Assembly: GCF_963921235.1 (NCBI RefSeq)
Contig: NC_086097.1
Coordinates: 70,806,001 to 70,870,000 of the forward strand
Reading direction: 5' to 3'
Source of the DNA: Mobula hypostoma
Taxonomy: Eukaryota
DNA: 64,000 bases
The notes beneath the pieces were generated by a model, which was not told the origin of the DNA, made no database searches, and saw only the letters and a list, made by a program, of their open reading frames with translations. The position numbers and the translations under genes were made by a program. Below are positions 24,269-36,758 of this stretch, piece after piece (the first letter of the stretch is position 1; every line of letters starts with the position of its first letter).

Positions 24269-26149
24269 TCTAAGTTTTTTTTTACATAGGTTCCTGTCCT
24301 TCAGTATGCAGTGATGGGTGCTTCTGCCACGTGAGTATGATTGTTTAGAGAACCATCTAAAAGGACATAGAATCTCCTGTATTTCCCATAAAATCCTGAG
24401 GACACTCTGCAAACCACTGTCTGATTGACTGCTCTATGATATGGCAAAAGGAATGCTCTGGAGCCACAGCACCATACCCAACCATTGCAGCACTGGAGAG
24501 AGACAGAACCTCAGCAAGTAGTGAAATTTGGTGTTTGCATGCCCAGGGTCTAAGCACAGCTTAATGCTCATGTCATCCATGTACATATCAAACAACTCCA
24601 TTGCGGGGGATCATCACACCTCTTATGCCCGCATCCATCTGGGTGGACTCGACAAGGGGCTCATTACAGAATGCAAGCCAGGGAAGTAGGTAAGCCCACA
24701 ATCTGCAATACTGTGAGAAGAATTGGTAGAGCATCTGAAAACACAGACACAATGTCAAAATAAGCAAATGCAATTGGTAAAATTCACTACTTCAGAACAG
24801 GTGTCGTCGTTCACGGAAATTTAAAAACATAAATTATGAATGCAACCACAACAGACCAATGTACACATTGGGAGTGCAAGGGGTGGAACCTCTCTAAACA
24901 ACTGAGAATATTTAAACAATTGAGAATCTTTATTAACTAATTAATTAATATTTATGTACGTGTGTAAGAACTTGTTCATATAATCCTTCTTTCCTAAACT
25001 ATAACAGTGCAGACTCCTGTGTACACAGAAGATTGGTTACCACCAGAGGTCGGTATGTTCAGCGTTTCAGGTACAGCACTCACTAGGAATTAGTTAGTAT
25101 ATTAGAAATCTCATTAATAGGATGATCTTTTGTAATCGATAACTACAATTTTCTTTAAAAATTGTCTGCCAGTTGTATTTTGTATTTATTGCATTGTTAG
25201 CAGTAAATTGAAGTCTATTCTTTGAAAATGTAAAACAGCATCTAATTCCTTTGAATAAAAGGTGCTATGATAATAATACTTACGAATGTCTGCTGAAGTA
25301 ACTGATGTGCAGGTGAAGGCAAGAACCATACTGCAGTTCGCATATTAGGGAACAGCTATTTCCGAAGCATCTTGTCTGTGTTGAATGTGAATGGAATATC
25401 ATGGATCAAAGTCAACATATTTCACCTCATACCTGTTCTTAACTCCAGGAGATGGCAAACAAAAGAACAATGTCATTTTCAAAAGCATAAATGGTTAAAT
25501 CAGTTATTAGATCCACTACTTGTATCATTTTGGAGCATCTTTTTGCTGAAGAACCTAAATATATTATTTTAACTTTCATGGTTAACTGTTGAATTGACAA
25601 GCTTGTATGAGATAGGTATAGTATTTGCTATTATAAACCATAAAAAATGTTTTAAAATTTTGACTTGGTGTTAGCATAGCATGATAAACATTTGTAATAT
25701 TTTAAACTAAAGCGAATACTAAATTTCCATCAAAACAGTGACCCTATAGAAATTTATATAGAATCTACTGTAGTTTTATGGTGTGAACGACTTTAAATCA
25801 CAAACAGTTGGAAATTCAGAACTTAGAGTTCTTTCAGATGTTGATCACTCTGCTCATTTTTAAATTTTCTGTTTTTATTTCAAATTCTGCGTTAGCATCC
25901 TTCGAGCCTGGAACTTCAGAGAATTCTTAATTTGTATGTAACCAGATGGGGCATTGTAATTCCTGTTAAAATGAGATACAAATATTGTGTTTTCTCTTTT
26001 GCATTCAATGCATAAATCTGTGTACTAAAATGTTCTGTTAAGTTGGAAACTTTATTTGCAATCTAATTTTCATAATTTTTTAGATTTATTCACTTCAAAA
26101 AGTTTACTAAGGTCTGTTAATTTTGTTAATAAATGACCCTCAACAGACA

Positions 26150-27112
26150 TGTGGGTGAAACACCGCCTCATCTGGAAGAACTGTGTAGGGCCAGAATGGT
26201 GGTGAGTGAGGAGAGGTAGGGGCAGGTGTAAGAGTTATCATGGTTTCAGGGATGAGTGCCAGGAGGGAGGTTGGTGGGGACAGGCAAATGCACAAAGGAC
26301 TCATTGAGATAGCTTGTCACTGTGGGAGGGTGGGGGCTGGGGGGGAGGGAAAGATGTGCCTGATAGTGGGATCCCATATGAAATGTTGGAAGTTGCAGGA
26401 ATGAGGTGTTAGATGCAGAGGCTCTTGGGGTGGTAGTGAGGACAAGGGATGCGGCGCAAATTTGGAGACTGCTTTTGTCGAGCACTTTCGATCCATCATT
26501 TTGTCTAGATCACTTATTGCATCTGGTGCCCCTCTCCACTGGTGAGACCTGCCCAGAATGAAGTACCACTACATTGAGTACCTTTGATCTGTCCACTGCA
26601 GTAGCTTGTAGCCACCCATTTCAATTCCATTTCCCATTCCCATAGCAAAATGTCTGTCCATGGCCTCCTCTACTGCCACCCTTCTTTATTTTCTTTCATT
26701 TTGGTGGCCCTCTCACCTCGTCCCTTCCCCTGTCCTGTCTTCGTGACCTGCCCATCACCTCCCTCTGGTTCTCCCTTTATCCCATAGCCTACTGTTCCCT
26801 CTTCTCAGATTCTTCTTTTTTCAGCCCTTTACCTCTTCTGTCTGTCACCTCCTAGCTTTTCAAGTCATTCCTTTTCATATCTCCTCCCCTACCCACCTAC
26901 CTTCCCCCTCACCTATCACCTGCCAACTTGTGCTGCTCCCCTCCTCCACTTTTTTATTCTGGCTTTTGCCCCCTTTCTTTCCAGCCCTGATGAAGCTTCT
27001 CAGCTCAAAACATAATTGCAATTTACCTCCATAGCCACTGCCTAACCTGATTTCTCCAGCATTTTAATGTGTGTTGCTTGAGATATCCAATATCTGCAGA
27101 ATTTCTTGTGTT
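26150..27112. mobile_element. Degenerate Penelope-like element with inverted 5' segment
   Basis: 26150-26450 reads on minus as LVLT....NFQHFIWDPTIRHIFPSPP (post-RT linker). 26515-27112 reads on plus as a GIY-YIG remnant, a pyrimidine tract and a decayed CTGATGA motif. Confidence 0.7.
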
Positions 27113-27241
27113 TCCCATTTTCCTGTGTTTGGCCCATATCGCTCTAAACCTTTTCTATCCATTATTTATCCAAATATCTTTTAAATATCAGCAATGCCTT
27201 TTCTGTGACAATTTGTTACCCTCTTAAACCTATTATGGTTT

Positions 27242-27980
27242 AAGATGGAGCCGGTGATGCCCAGCGACTATTTATTGGCGGCAAAAAAAACAAAACAAAG
27301 GAAACTACTATATATCTTATTAATAACAATCAACGCTAACAGTCCTAACAATGGAGAGGTGAGCAAAGGCTGGTTGAGGCGAATGGAGGCGAGCAATGGC
27401 GGAGGCGCAGGCAATGCATGGTCATGGCAAGTGGAGTCGGGGTTGAAGCAGAGTCGTGGCACCCCAAGAGTAAGGAAGGTCCTGGGGTGAATTGGAAAGT
27501 TCGGGTACGGGCTGAATCGTGGCAGTGGGCTCCAGGCCCCAGAGGGGTCTGAGACTGAGGAACAACCCAAAGTTTGGACGATTTAAGTGCTGGGCCAGAT
27601 TGAAAAGGTCAGGGTGTTGCTACTGGAGGTGAGGCGAGGGCCGGTTCTGCTTGCTGGTCCATGACATTTACTCAGCTCTTTGCTGAATTGCAGTGATCTC
27701 TGGCTGCGGGTCTGTTGTCTTGCTACATTTACTTGGCTTTGCAATGAACTGTGGCTATTGCTTGCTTCAGCTGCAGTGACATCTGGCTTCGTGTCCTTCG
27801 TAAAACTTTTATAGCTTGCAATATTTGTTTTTTTGTGTGTCTGCATTGGTGTTTGATGGTCTCTTTTGAATGTGTTCTTTTGAGGTTTCTTTGTTTCATG
27901 GCTGCCTGTAAGGAGACAAATCTCAAGGTTGTATAATGTATACATACTTTGATAATAAATGTGCTTTGAACTTTGAACTC
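27242..27980 (+). mobile_element. Non-autonomous element with AAGATGG head and Rex1-like tail
   Basis: Starts aagatggagccgg and ends tttgataataaatgtgctttgaactttgaac. Confidence 0.65.
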
Positions 27981-29822
27981 TAGTTTTTTCTTTCCCTGGG
28001 CTTCCAAACTACGTACTGACTGCAGGGCAGAAATATTGGCCATCATCAAGCAGGAGACTAGATCTCATTACATTGCTCTTCAAACTACAGGCACAATGAT
28101 TTGTCATATCCTTTGCTTAATTGTGAACAAGTGCTCTGGGATATTTTGAAATCTAAGTAAGCCATTATTAGATTGCTAATTGTTCCATATTTCAAAGTGA
28201 TAATCTGCTCAGTCTATGCTGTGCAGTTTCTGGCCTCCCAGATTAACAGTGCTCTGCCATCACAGACACATGCAGCATATGCAGTGAAATATCAAAATCT
28301 TTCAATGAGACTCCTTTAGATGAAGCTTAAATGAATGGCATATCAGTGTGCATTTAGCACTAAATATTTCTTTATCTTTGGCCAAAATCACGTTATTTAA
28401 AAGAAGGATAGACGGGTCTGTGTACGAGGTTAACTATTATTCCCAACTGCCCAGCCTTAATTTAATTGCAGGAAATAGAATAAAAATTGATGCAAAATCA
28501 AGATACTGTGTGTGCTGGAAATCTGAAATAAGACTAGAACCTTCTAGAAGTTCCAGTCAGATCAATGGCATCCTGTGGAAGCTGTACTGCTGTGTTTGGG
28601 TAGGGAAACAGGAGTGTGGACAAAGTGACATCTTTACATTATGACCCCCTGGTGGTGAGAGTGAAGATTTAACCTACAGTGTAATGTTACTGTACATCTT
28701 GCAGAAATGCTTCGGTAAACTTAACAGATTCTGAATTGAAAACACGGAGGAATATGCTCGACAAAATGAGGAATCTAAAAGGAGACAGGAATTAATTCTT
28801 TGCAGAATATTATGAACACCAGTCCAATTCTCTCCATATGATCGAACCAACATGAATAAGAGGAGCAATTATTCTGGCAGGATCATTTTGAGGATGTCCC
28901 CTTCACTGCATAGGTGCTGGAATAGGCCATTCAACTCCTTGAACTGATTTTGTTGTTTCATTAGAAAATATCACTTTTTTATTATTTATTAATTTTTTGT
29001 TATCTTTGTACCACTACTGCCCTTGTTCTTGGTGGTAGAGTTCTTGGGTTTGGCCAGTAGTGTCAGAGCAACCTAGGTAGATAATTACAGACGGTACACA
29101 GTGCAGCTACTGTGCACTGTGGATGATGGGAATCAATATTTATGATGGTTGATGGAACTTTAGTCAAGTAGGATGTGTTCTCCTGGATGGTGCTGAGCTT
29201 CTTCAGTGTTGTTAAATTTGTACTCATCCAGGGAAATGGATGCTCCTGACTTGTGCTTGTAAATGTTGGAAAAGGTTGGTGTGTCAGGAGGTGAGTCATT
29301 CATTACAGACTCTGTCTGCTCTTCAAGCCACAGTATATATTTGACTGGCCCCTCGTGGGACGTGGACATTATTGACTTTAGTGGCATGTCTGTTACTTTC
29401 CATCTAGCAGCTCATGCCTGAATACTCTCTGGTTATGGACTACTTCGGGAAATCGACATTGTGGACTTATCAGTGATCAGTACTGCCCTGAAGAATTACA
29501 GTGTCGCCATTGGCTTGGAAAATTGGCAAGCAGCAAACTTTATCACTTCCTTTTGTATGAGATCTGATGGTACCGCTTAGAACATTTTTCTTATCAGTGT
29601 CCATTTACTTAAGTTTTATCAGGATTTCTTGATAAATTCAGTCAAATTCTGCCTTGATGTCACTCTTGGAATCCAGCTCTTTGCTTCATGTTTGAAGCTG
29701 AGAGGAGCCAAGTAGTTCTATCAAAATTGAACGTGGGCATGAGTGAGCAAGTTATTGATGAGAAAGTGCCACTTGGAAGGTGTGATTGGCAGTGATATCT
29801 TTATTTAACTGATAATTGAAAA

Positions 29823-30245
29823 TAAACACGAGATTCTGCAGATGCTGGAAATCCAGAGCAACACACACACACAAAACACTGGAGGAATTCAGCAGGTCAG
29901 GCAGCATCTATAGACAGGAATAAACAGTTGATATTTTGGGTCAAGATTCTTCTTCAGGACTAGAAGGGAAGGGGGAGAGGGAAAAGGCAGAATAAGAAGG
30001 TGGGGGGAGTGGAAAGAGAACAAGATGGAAGGTGATAGGTGAAACCAAGTGTGGGATAAGATAGGTGAGTGGGGAAGAGGGGATCAGTTGAGAAGCTGGA
30101 AATGATAGGTGGAAGAGGTAAAGGGCTGAGGAAGAAGAAATCAGATAGGAGAAGAGGGTGGATCATGGGAGAAAGGGAAGGTGGAGAGGCATCAGGAGAT
30201 GATAGGCAGCTGAGAAGAAGAGAAGGGGTAAGAGGGAAGTCAGAA
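29823..30245 (-). mobile_element. Penelope-like 3' terminus, decayed hammerhead
   Basis: aaacacgagattctgcagatgctggaaatcca..ctggaggaattcagcaggtcaggcagcatc followed by a purine tract, as at 23620-24003. Confidence 0.8.
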
Positions 30246-33200
30246 TTCTCCACTAATTTAAAGTAGACCTGGTAATGGTTAAAAGCCAAATGACACTTGC
30301 TATGTTTTTTGCGAACAGGGCATAGCAGGCCAACAGTCTACATTGTCAGGTGGATATCAGTGGTGTAACTTTACTGGAACAGCTTGGCTCAAGGGTCAGT
30401 TCATTTCTAGAGTATGGGGCGGTTGGTGTTCAGTATCATTGCTGGACTGTTATCTGGATGTAGTAAATCACATTGCATGAATTGTCAACACCTGTGATTG
30501 CAAGAATCTCACCATGAATTTTCCACTCAACTCTTCCGACAACAACTCTTTCCAACAACTCTTCCTTGCCTTTTACACTTATATACTGGGCTCTGGCATC
30601 ACTGAAGATGGGGATTTCTTGGATATTTAAATTGTACTCTGTTTGCCCATCTCAAACTCATTTTTTCCTCACCAAGAATGATCAAATATAGCTCTGAAAT
30701 TTTCCATTGACTGATGGACTGTGTTTTTAATCATTCACCTTATCAGCAGGGCATATAAACCCCAGATACATGGTCATAAATATTGCCTGTCTCACACATT
30801 AATGTTTGAAGGCACGGATACTAATTAGTATTTTCATATTTCAGCCACTGTTATGAACAAAATTTGTTTTGGCAATAAGAACATCACTGTCACATTAATT
30901 GAGGAGAAGAGTGGGCAGACAATCAGGAATTCATGTCTGGAACACAGCCTTGGTCCAAACATGGACATATCAGCTGAATTACAGACTTGAAAGCAACTGC
31001 TGTTCACAGCATGCAGCATTTTACAGTGTGACATCATGGTACTCTGGTAAAACTGAGGTCAGTAAATATCAAAAGGAAAACATTTGAGTGGTTGGAGTCA
31101 TCCTTTGTACAAAGGGAAATGGTGATTACTGAAGATTAAAAATTTCAGTTCCAGGGCTCCTGTAGGAGTTCCTTAGGACTGTATTCTGAACTAGCTGCTT
31201 CATTAATGACCTTCCCTTCCACATATGATCTGAAGTGTCCTTTTAGCATATCTGTAGAAATTGAGATGTTTACTGAGTGCATTTCAATATCATTTTTAAA
31301 AAAACAGATAATGACAGAATAACTGGCAAATGGCATTCTTATTACTTTTGGTCCAATTCTGTCTTCATCTTATTAGGCTGTTCTTTGGGATCAAGGGCGA
31401 GTTGCACCTACTCTGTTCATTGGTTCTGAGGTGGCTAATAAAGGACATATTGTGGGAACTTCAAAGGCTTCTACAGATGGGGCAGGAGATGGTGGGGTGG
31501 TGGATGGGCTATGGGCTGTGAGCTTGTTCACTCCTATGCTGCTTACATGGGGGCATTTCTTCAAGCCCATAATTTGAGCACATCTGTCAGTGCAATATCT
31601 CCATTCCTCTGGTAATCTCTTCCAGAGTATCTGTTTTGGGGGTCTGGAGTGGGGCATCAGAGCAACAACGTATTTAAATGACAGCAAATAGAGCCCTGGA
31701 GAGGATGCTGACATTGATTCTCTTACCCTTCTAATGAATTTGGAGGATATTGAAAAAAGAACATTGGCATTTTCTTTCCAGTGCCTTTTGGATGCATGCT
31801 ATAAATAGTGAGGTCTCAAAAGCATATACATTATCTGGTGAGATCCCACTTGGAATATTGTTTACAAGTCTCGTCTTTCTACCTAAGGACAGATACACTT
31901 GTCCACAGATTGATTCCTGGGGCAATGGTTATGAGAAGAGGTTATACAGACAGAGCCAAAAATCTCTAGAATTTAGAATAATGAGAAACAATGTCATTGA
32001 AGTAAACAGACTTATTACAGAGCTTAAAATGTAGATGTAAAGATGGTGTATTTCCTGCACATCCAGGGGCACAGTCTCAAAATAACCTCTCTTGAATGTA
32101 CACTGTGATTGAGTATCCGCAGCCCTCTTGTATACAGAATTAGATTTTCTTTTTTCCCCAGGTGAAGAAGTATCTTTCTCTAGAGAATCATTGGATATGT
32201 TGTTAATCCAGAAAAGTGGACCTATGTTAAAATAAAAATCAACCGTTACCTTATTGAATGGCAGACAAGATGCAAGGGTCAGTATGAGCTGTGAAATTGC
32301 AGATGCTGGAATCTGGGGCGATAAACAATCTGCTGGATGACCTCAGCGGGCTGTGGGAGGAAAGGAATTGACATTTTGGATTGAAACTTTGCATCAGTTC
32401 TGAAGCAGGGTTTTGACCTACAACATCCTCCTCCAGAAACTGATCAACTCAGAATCCAATTCCTCCTGCATTTATGTCTTTTTGTTTTTATCGTGTCTTA
32501 TGTAATATTAATGTTGCTGCCAAGATCAGTGCTTTGTTCCTTAACATGGCAGTAGCAAGCACTTGTCATAATCTGTTTGAAGTCAGGATAGACTACTTGT
32601 CTGAGATATTCTTCCCCTAGAGTCAGTGCAGCTGGAACACTGGGCTTGTGCTTGGAGAAGATTGCCCCATATTCACTTGAGCTTAGAAGAATGAGATTTG
32701 GATTTTTAAAAATGCATTGCACAGTACCGCTGCCACAAAACAACAAACTTCACAACGTGCATCAGTGATAATAAACCTGATCTGATTCTGAATTTATTGA
32801 GACATGCAAGGTTCTGAGACAGATTGACTAAGCTGATGTCAAGAGGCTGTTTGTGTAGGCTAGAGACTGAAGAACTCTAACCAAAGTTTGCATCAGTGTT
32901 GCAAAAAGCATGTTAGTTAAATCGGTGGTCTACTGCCATTTCTCATGGTCACTAGTTAGACGTTCAGATGCTGAAAGCATTTTTCCATTATTAATAGGGT
33001 AAGTATTTACCCAGCTCGTTGGGAAGAATTTCCAAAAAGACCACGATCCAAACTGCAGCATGAGGTAGTTGTTTACTTTAAACTGGTGATTTTAAGAGTT
33101 TACTGTCATAGATTGGGTTTTCAGTAATTTTCATGTTATTGTTTAGACAAATCTGAAATACATTAACAGTGAAAGCTCCCCGTGGACCTGCAAGATTTAG

Positions 33201-34134
33201 CAAATAGATGCCTTACAGAATGTTTTACTTCATGAAAAATAGTTCTATAGTTGTAAGTGACATTTTTTCCCAATGCAGAGGTGATTCTTAAAACAAGAAA
33301 TTAAGTTAAAGTGTTCACATAAAGGAGTTTTGCTTGTCAGCATTGTTAAAGTAATTACGAACACTGGCACGAGATGTCCTGATTAATCAACATATTGTCG
33401 ACTGTCATTTTGTGTAATTGAGGCTTTCAGGGTTTGGGAATGCAATGTTATTCTGATCAATAGTGAGTTCCTGTTTACATCAAAAAATCAGCAAGTAAAG
33501 TGGAGTAACCACAACAATATCTAAGAATAGGCTGGTTCATTCTGGGCATAACAACAAACATTTTTCTCTATTATTTTTTTGAAAAAGGAGAACAAATAGG
33601 CAATATAAATATGGAAGTTCAAAATCTATTAGGCGCTGAGAAGTCCCTGTATGCTACGTAGCCAACACAAATGGGCTGTTCAGATTCTTGAGCCTGTTCT
33701 GCCATTCAACTAGATAATGCTGATCTATGCCTCTGCTCTTATTTGTACTTGCCTTTCATACTTGATAACCTTTAATAAGTAAATATCTATCCATTTTGGT
33801 TTTGAAGAATACAACTAATTGAGAACACTGTGCACTTTGGGAAGCAAGTTCAAGATTTTTACTGCTTATTTTGTAATTTGAGATTTTAGCTCGGAATACT
33901 TCTTAGCCTTATGGAGCAGGGTATACAAGCCAAGTTTATTGTGATTTCCTGAAGTTGTAAGTAGTTGGTCTATGCCGCTGCTCATTATATCTTTAATTAG
34001 ATTTTAATGCTCAACATTTGATGCAGTCTGTCCAAAGCTCTCCTAACCAGTGCAGTATTTCTTCACAATTTTTTACCAATCAGATTACACAGAATTCATG
34101 GAAGCAAACTTAATTTGGATTCATATTAAATTGT

Positions 34135-34204
34135 CATCCATCCATCCATCGATTGATTGATTGATTGCTTGATTGATTGATCTATTTATTTATTAAATAA
34201 ATAA

Positions 34205-34220
<16 letters not shown>
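34135..34220. repeat. Compound microsatellite (catc)(gatt)(attt)(aaat)(at)n
   Basis: Directly visible in the sequence. Confidence 0.9.
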
Positions 34221-34244
<24 letters not shown>

Positions 34245-35159
34245 CAGCAATCTAAATACTATTCTGAGTTCGGAGATCCATTTATGTCTCCCAAGGGCAC
34301 CTGAGGGCTCCCATTGCATGTGGTGTATGTTATTTTTCACTATGTGTTGGACTGTCTGAGTTCCTTCTCTGCATTCACATTTTAAATGTTTTTTATCTTT
34401 CAGTTGAACATACAGTAAATTATCTGTAAGCAATAAAAATCAAATAGTCCATTGTCTGATTGTTCAGCATTTCTGAACAGTCATCTCTTAAACACATCAG
34501 AAAAATGTGTTGCTTTATTGTGTAGCATTTAAAACAAAATGAATGAAAATATGTTGGGATATTAAATAGGAGTAATTTCCAATTATCCAGAAAATCTGCT
34601 AGTTATTAGATCTGAAGATGATGTTGTCCAGAAAGCTCTTCAGAAGTCAAGAATGAAGCACAAATGTTATTATACAGCTGTTTTATTAGATGTTCATCAT
34701 TGTACAAGTCAGACAAGGTTAGCCGTACCAGCAGGCAAGGAAAAGAAGTAATACAGGAACTGTAACTGTAATAAACTGCAGTAAGCTGTAACTAACTGGC
34801 TGTCACAAAGGAGCATGAGCACATAGTTTCTTTTTAAACTGCAGATCCAGTTTAGATATGAAACTTGTTTAGCAGGTACTGACTGAATCACAGTCCAGTT
34901 CTGCAAAGAAATTTCAGAAGTATAGGACCAAATAAACTACAAATTACTCAAAGTTTACAGACAAAAGGTGAACGAAACCTAAAACTACAAAGAAAAACAG
35001 AGACCTAGCCCAACTCGTGTGTCCCTATCATTTAAGCCCTTTACTTGTGGCAACATGTAGTAGCTGGTGTCCAATGGCTACTCTAGATTAAAGGAATTCA
35101 TGTACAGGCATCATCAACTCCATAGGAACTACAGTGGAATGAAAGTAAAGCTTGTTTGT

Positions 35160-35455
35160 TTATTTAGAGATTAGTCCCTTTTGGCCCTATGAACCACGCT
35201 ACCCAGCAACTACCCCCCCCCCCCACTGTCAACCCTGATTTAACCTTAAGCCAATCACAGGACAATTTACAATGACCAATTAACCTACCCGATACATCTT
35301 TGGACTGTGGGAGGAAACTAGGGTACCCGGGGAACACCCACACATTCCAGTGGGAGGATGCACAAACTCCTTACAGAGGATGTGGGGATTGAATTCCGCA
35401 CTCTGACCCCCTGAGCTGAAACAGCATTGCACTAACCGCTACAGTACCCTGGTGT
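35160..35455 (-). mobile_element. HE1/V-SINE-like SINE
   Basis: tctttggactgtgggaggaaac core, paralogous to 15995-16280. Confidence 0.75.
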
Positions 35456-36189
35456 CCATCTTTGACTTAGCTCAACAGGAAGTGTATCTCCAAGATCTTG
35501 AGCTCTATGTGGAGGTCTTTTTTGCTTTGGTGATATAATTAGATTGCATGCTGTCTGGTTAGCAGTCTGTGGCATGTCAACTATATATAGTTTGAATCAG
35601 GCCAAGAACGACCCTAGGAGAGGAACTGAACCATCTCGCAGACTGCTTTAGCCATAGAGATACAGCACAGAAACTGGTCCTCCCATCCGCTGAGTATGCT
35701 GCATTCAACAACCACCTAGTTTTACAATAAACCTAGTGTATTCTATTTTATTCTCACATTCCCATCGAATCCTCCCTAATTCTACCACGCATCCAACACC
35801 AGGGCAATTTATAATTAATCAATCATCTTTTGTGCTTTTGGGATGTGGGAGAAAACTGGAGTACCTGGAGGAAACCCACGCTGTCAAAGGGAGTCACATG
35901 CTTCAGTGTGACTTTGGAATATGTTTAAAGACCATAAACATGACACTGATGTGGATAAAAATCCACATAATGTGGGTAGGCTCACCTGCAATCACTTTCT
36001 CACAGTTCTTGAAGCTGAAATTCGAAAGCCACCATGATCAATGGATGTAACAGGTATCTGGGCATAAAGTACCTGGTTGTTTCTGAGCAAAAAAGGACAA
36101 AGCCAGTCAATTTCTGCTATAGAAATCTCTATGTATTCCCAGCATTAGTGAGACTACACCTCTTTTTCCCTTCTATATAAACTTGTAAA

Positions 36190-36758
36190 GAATATTGAAG
36201 TTGTATAAGACGATGGTGAGGCCTAATTTGGAGTATTATGTGCCGTTCCAGTCACCTACCGACAGTATAGGAAAAACGTAAATCAGGTTGAAAGAGTACA
36301 GAGAAAATTTACAAAGATGTTGCCGGGACTGGAGGACCTGAGTTATAAGGAAAGATTGAATAGGTTAGGATTTTATTCATTGGAACGTAGAAGGTTGAGA
36401 GGAGATTTAATAGAGGTGTACAAAGTTATGACTGTTATAGATAGGGTAAACGCAAGCGGGTGTTTTTCACTGAATTGTGTGTGACCACAGCTATAGTTTA
36501 TGGGTTAAGGGTGAAAGGTGAAAGGTTTAAGGGGAACTTGACGGAAACTTCTTCAGGAAAGTGTGGAATGAGTGCCAGCAGCAAGCTCAATTTACAATAT
36601 TTAAGAGAAGTTTCAATAGGTACATGGATGGTAGGGGTATGGAGGACTATAGTCCTGATGCTGATTGATGGGAGTAGGCAGTTTGAATGGTTCGATATAG
36701 ACTAGTAGGCAGTAAGGCCTGTTTCTGTACTGTACTTTTCTATGACTCTGTGACTGTA
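36190..36758 (+). mobile_element. CR1 3' fragment
   Basis: LYKTMVRPNLEY..ERVQRKFTKMLPGLEDLSYKERL..LERRRLRGDLIEVYK with a (tatgactc) tail. Confidence 0.85.

Noticed and set aside
34701..35105. Possible solo LTR bounded by TGTACA
   Set aside because: There is no convincing TSD (atcat vs ggcat) and no second copy in the window, so support is too weak.
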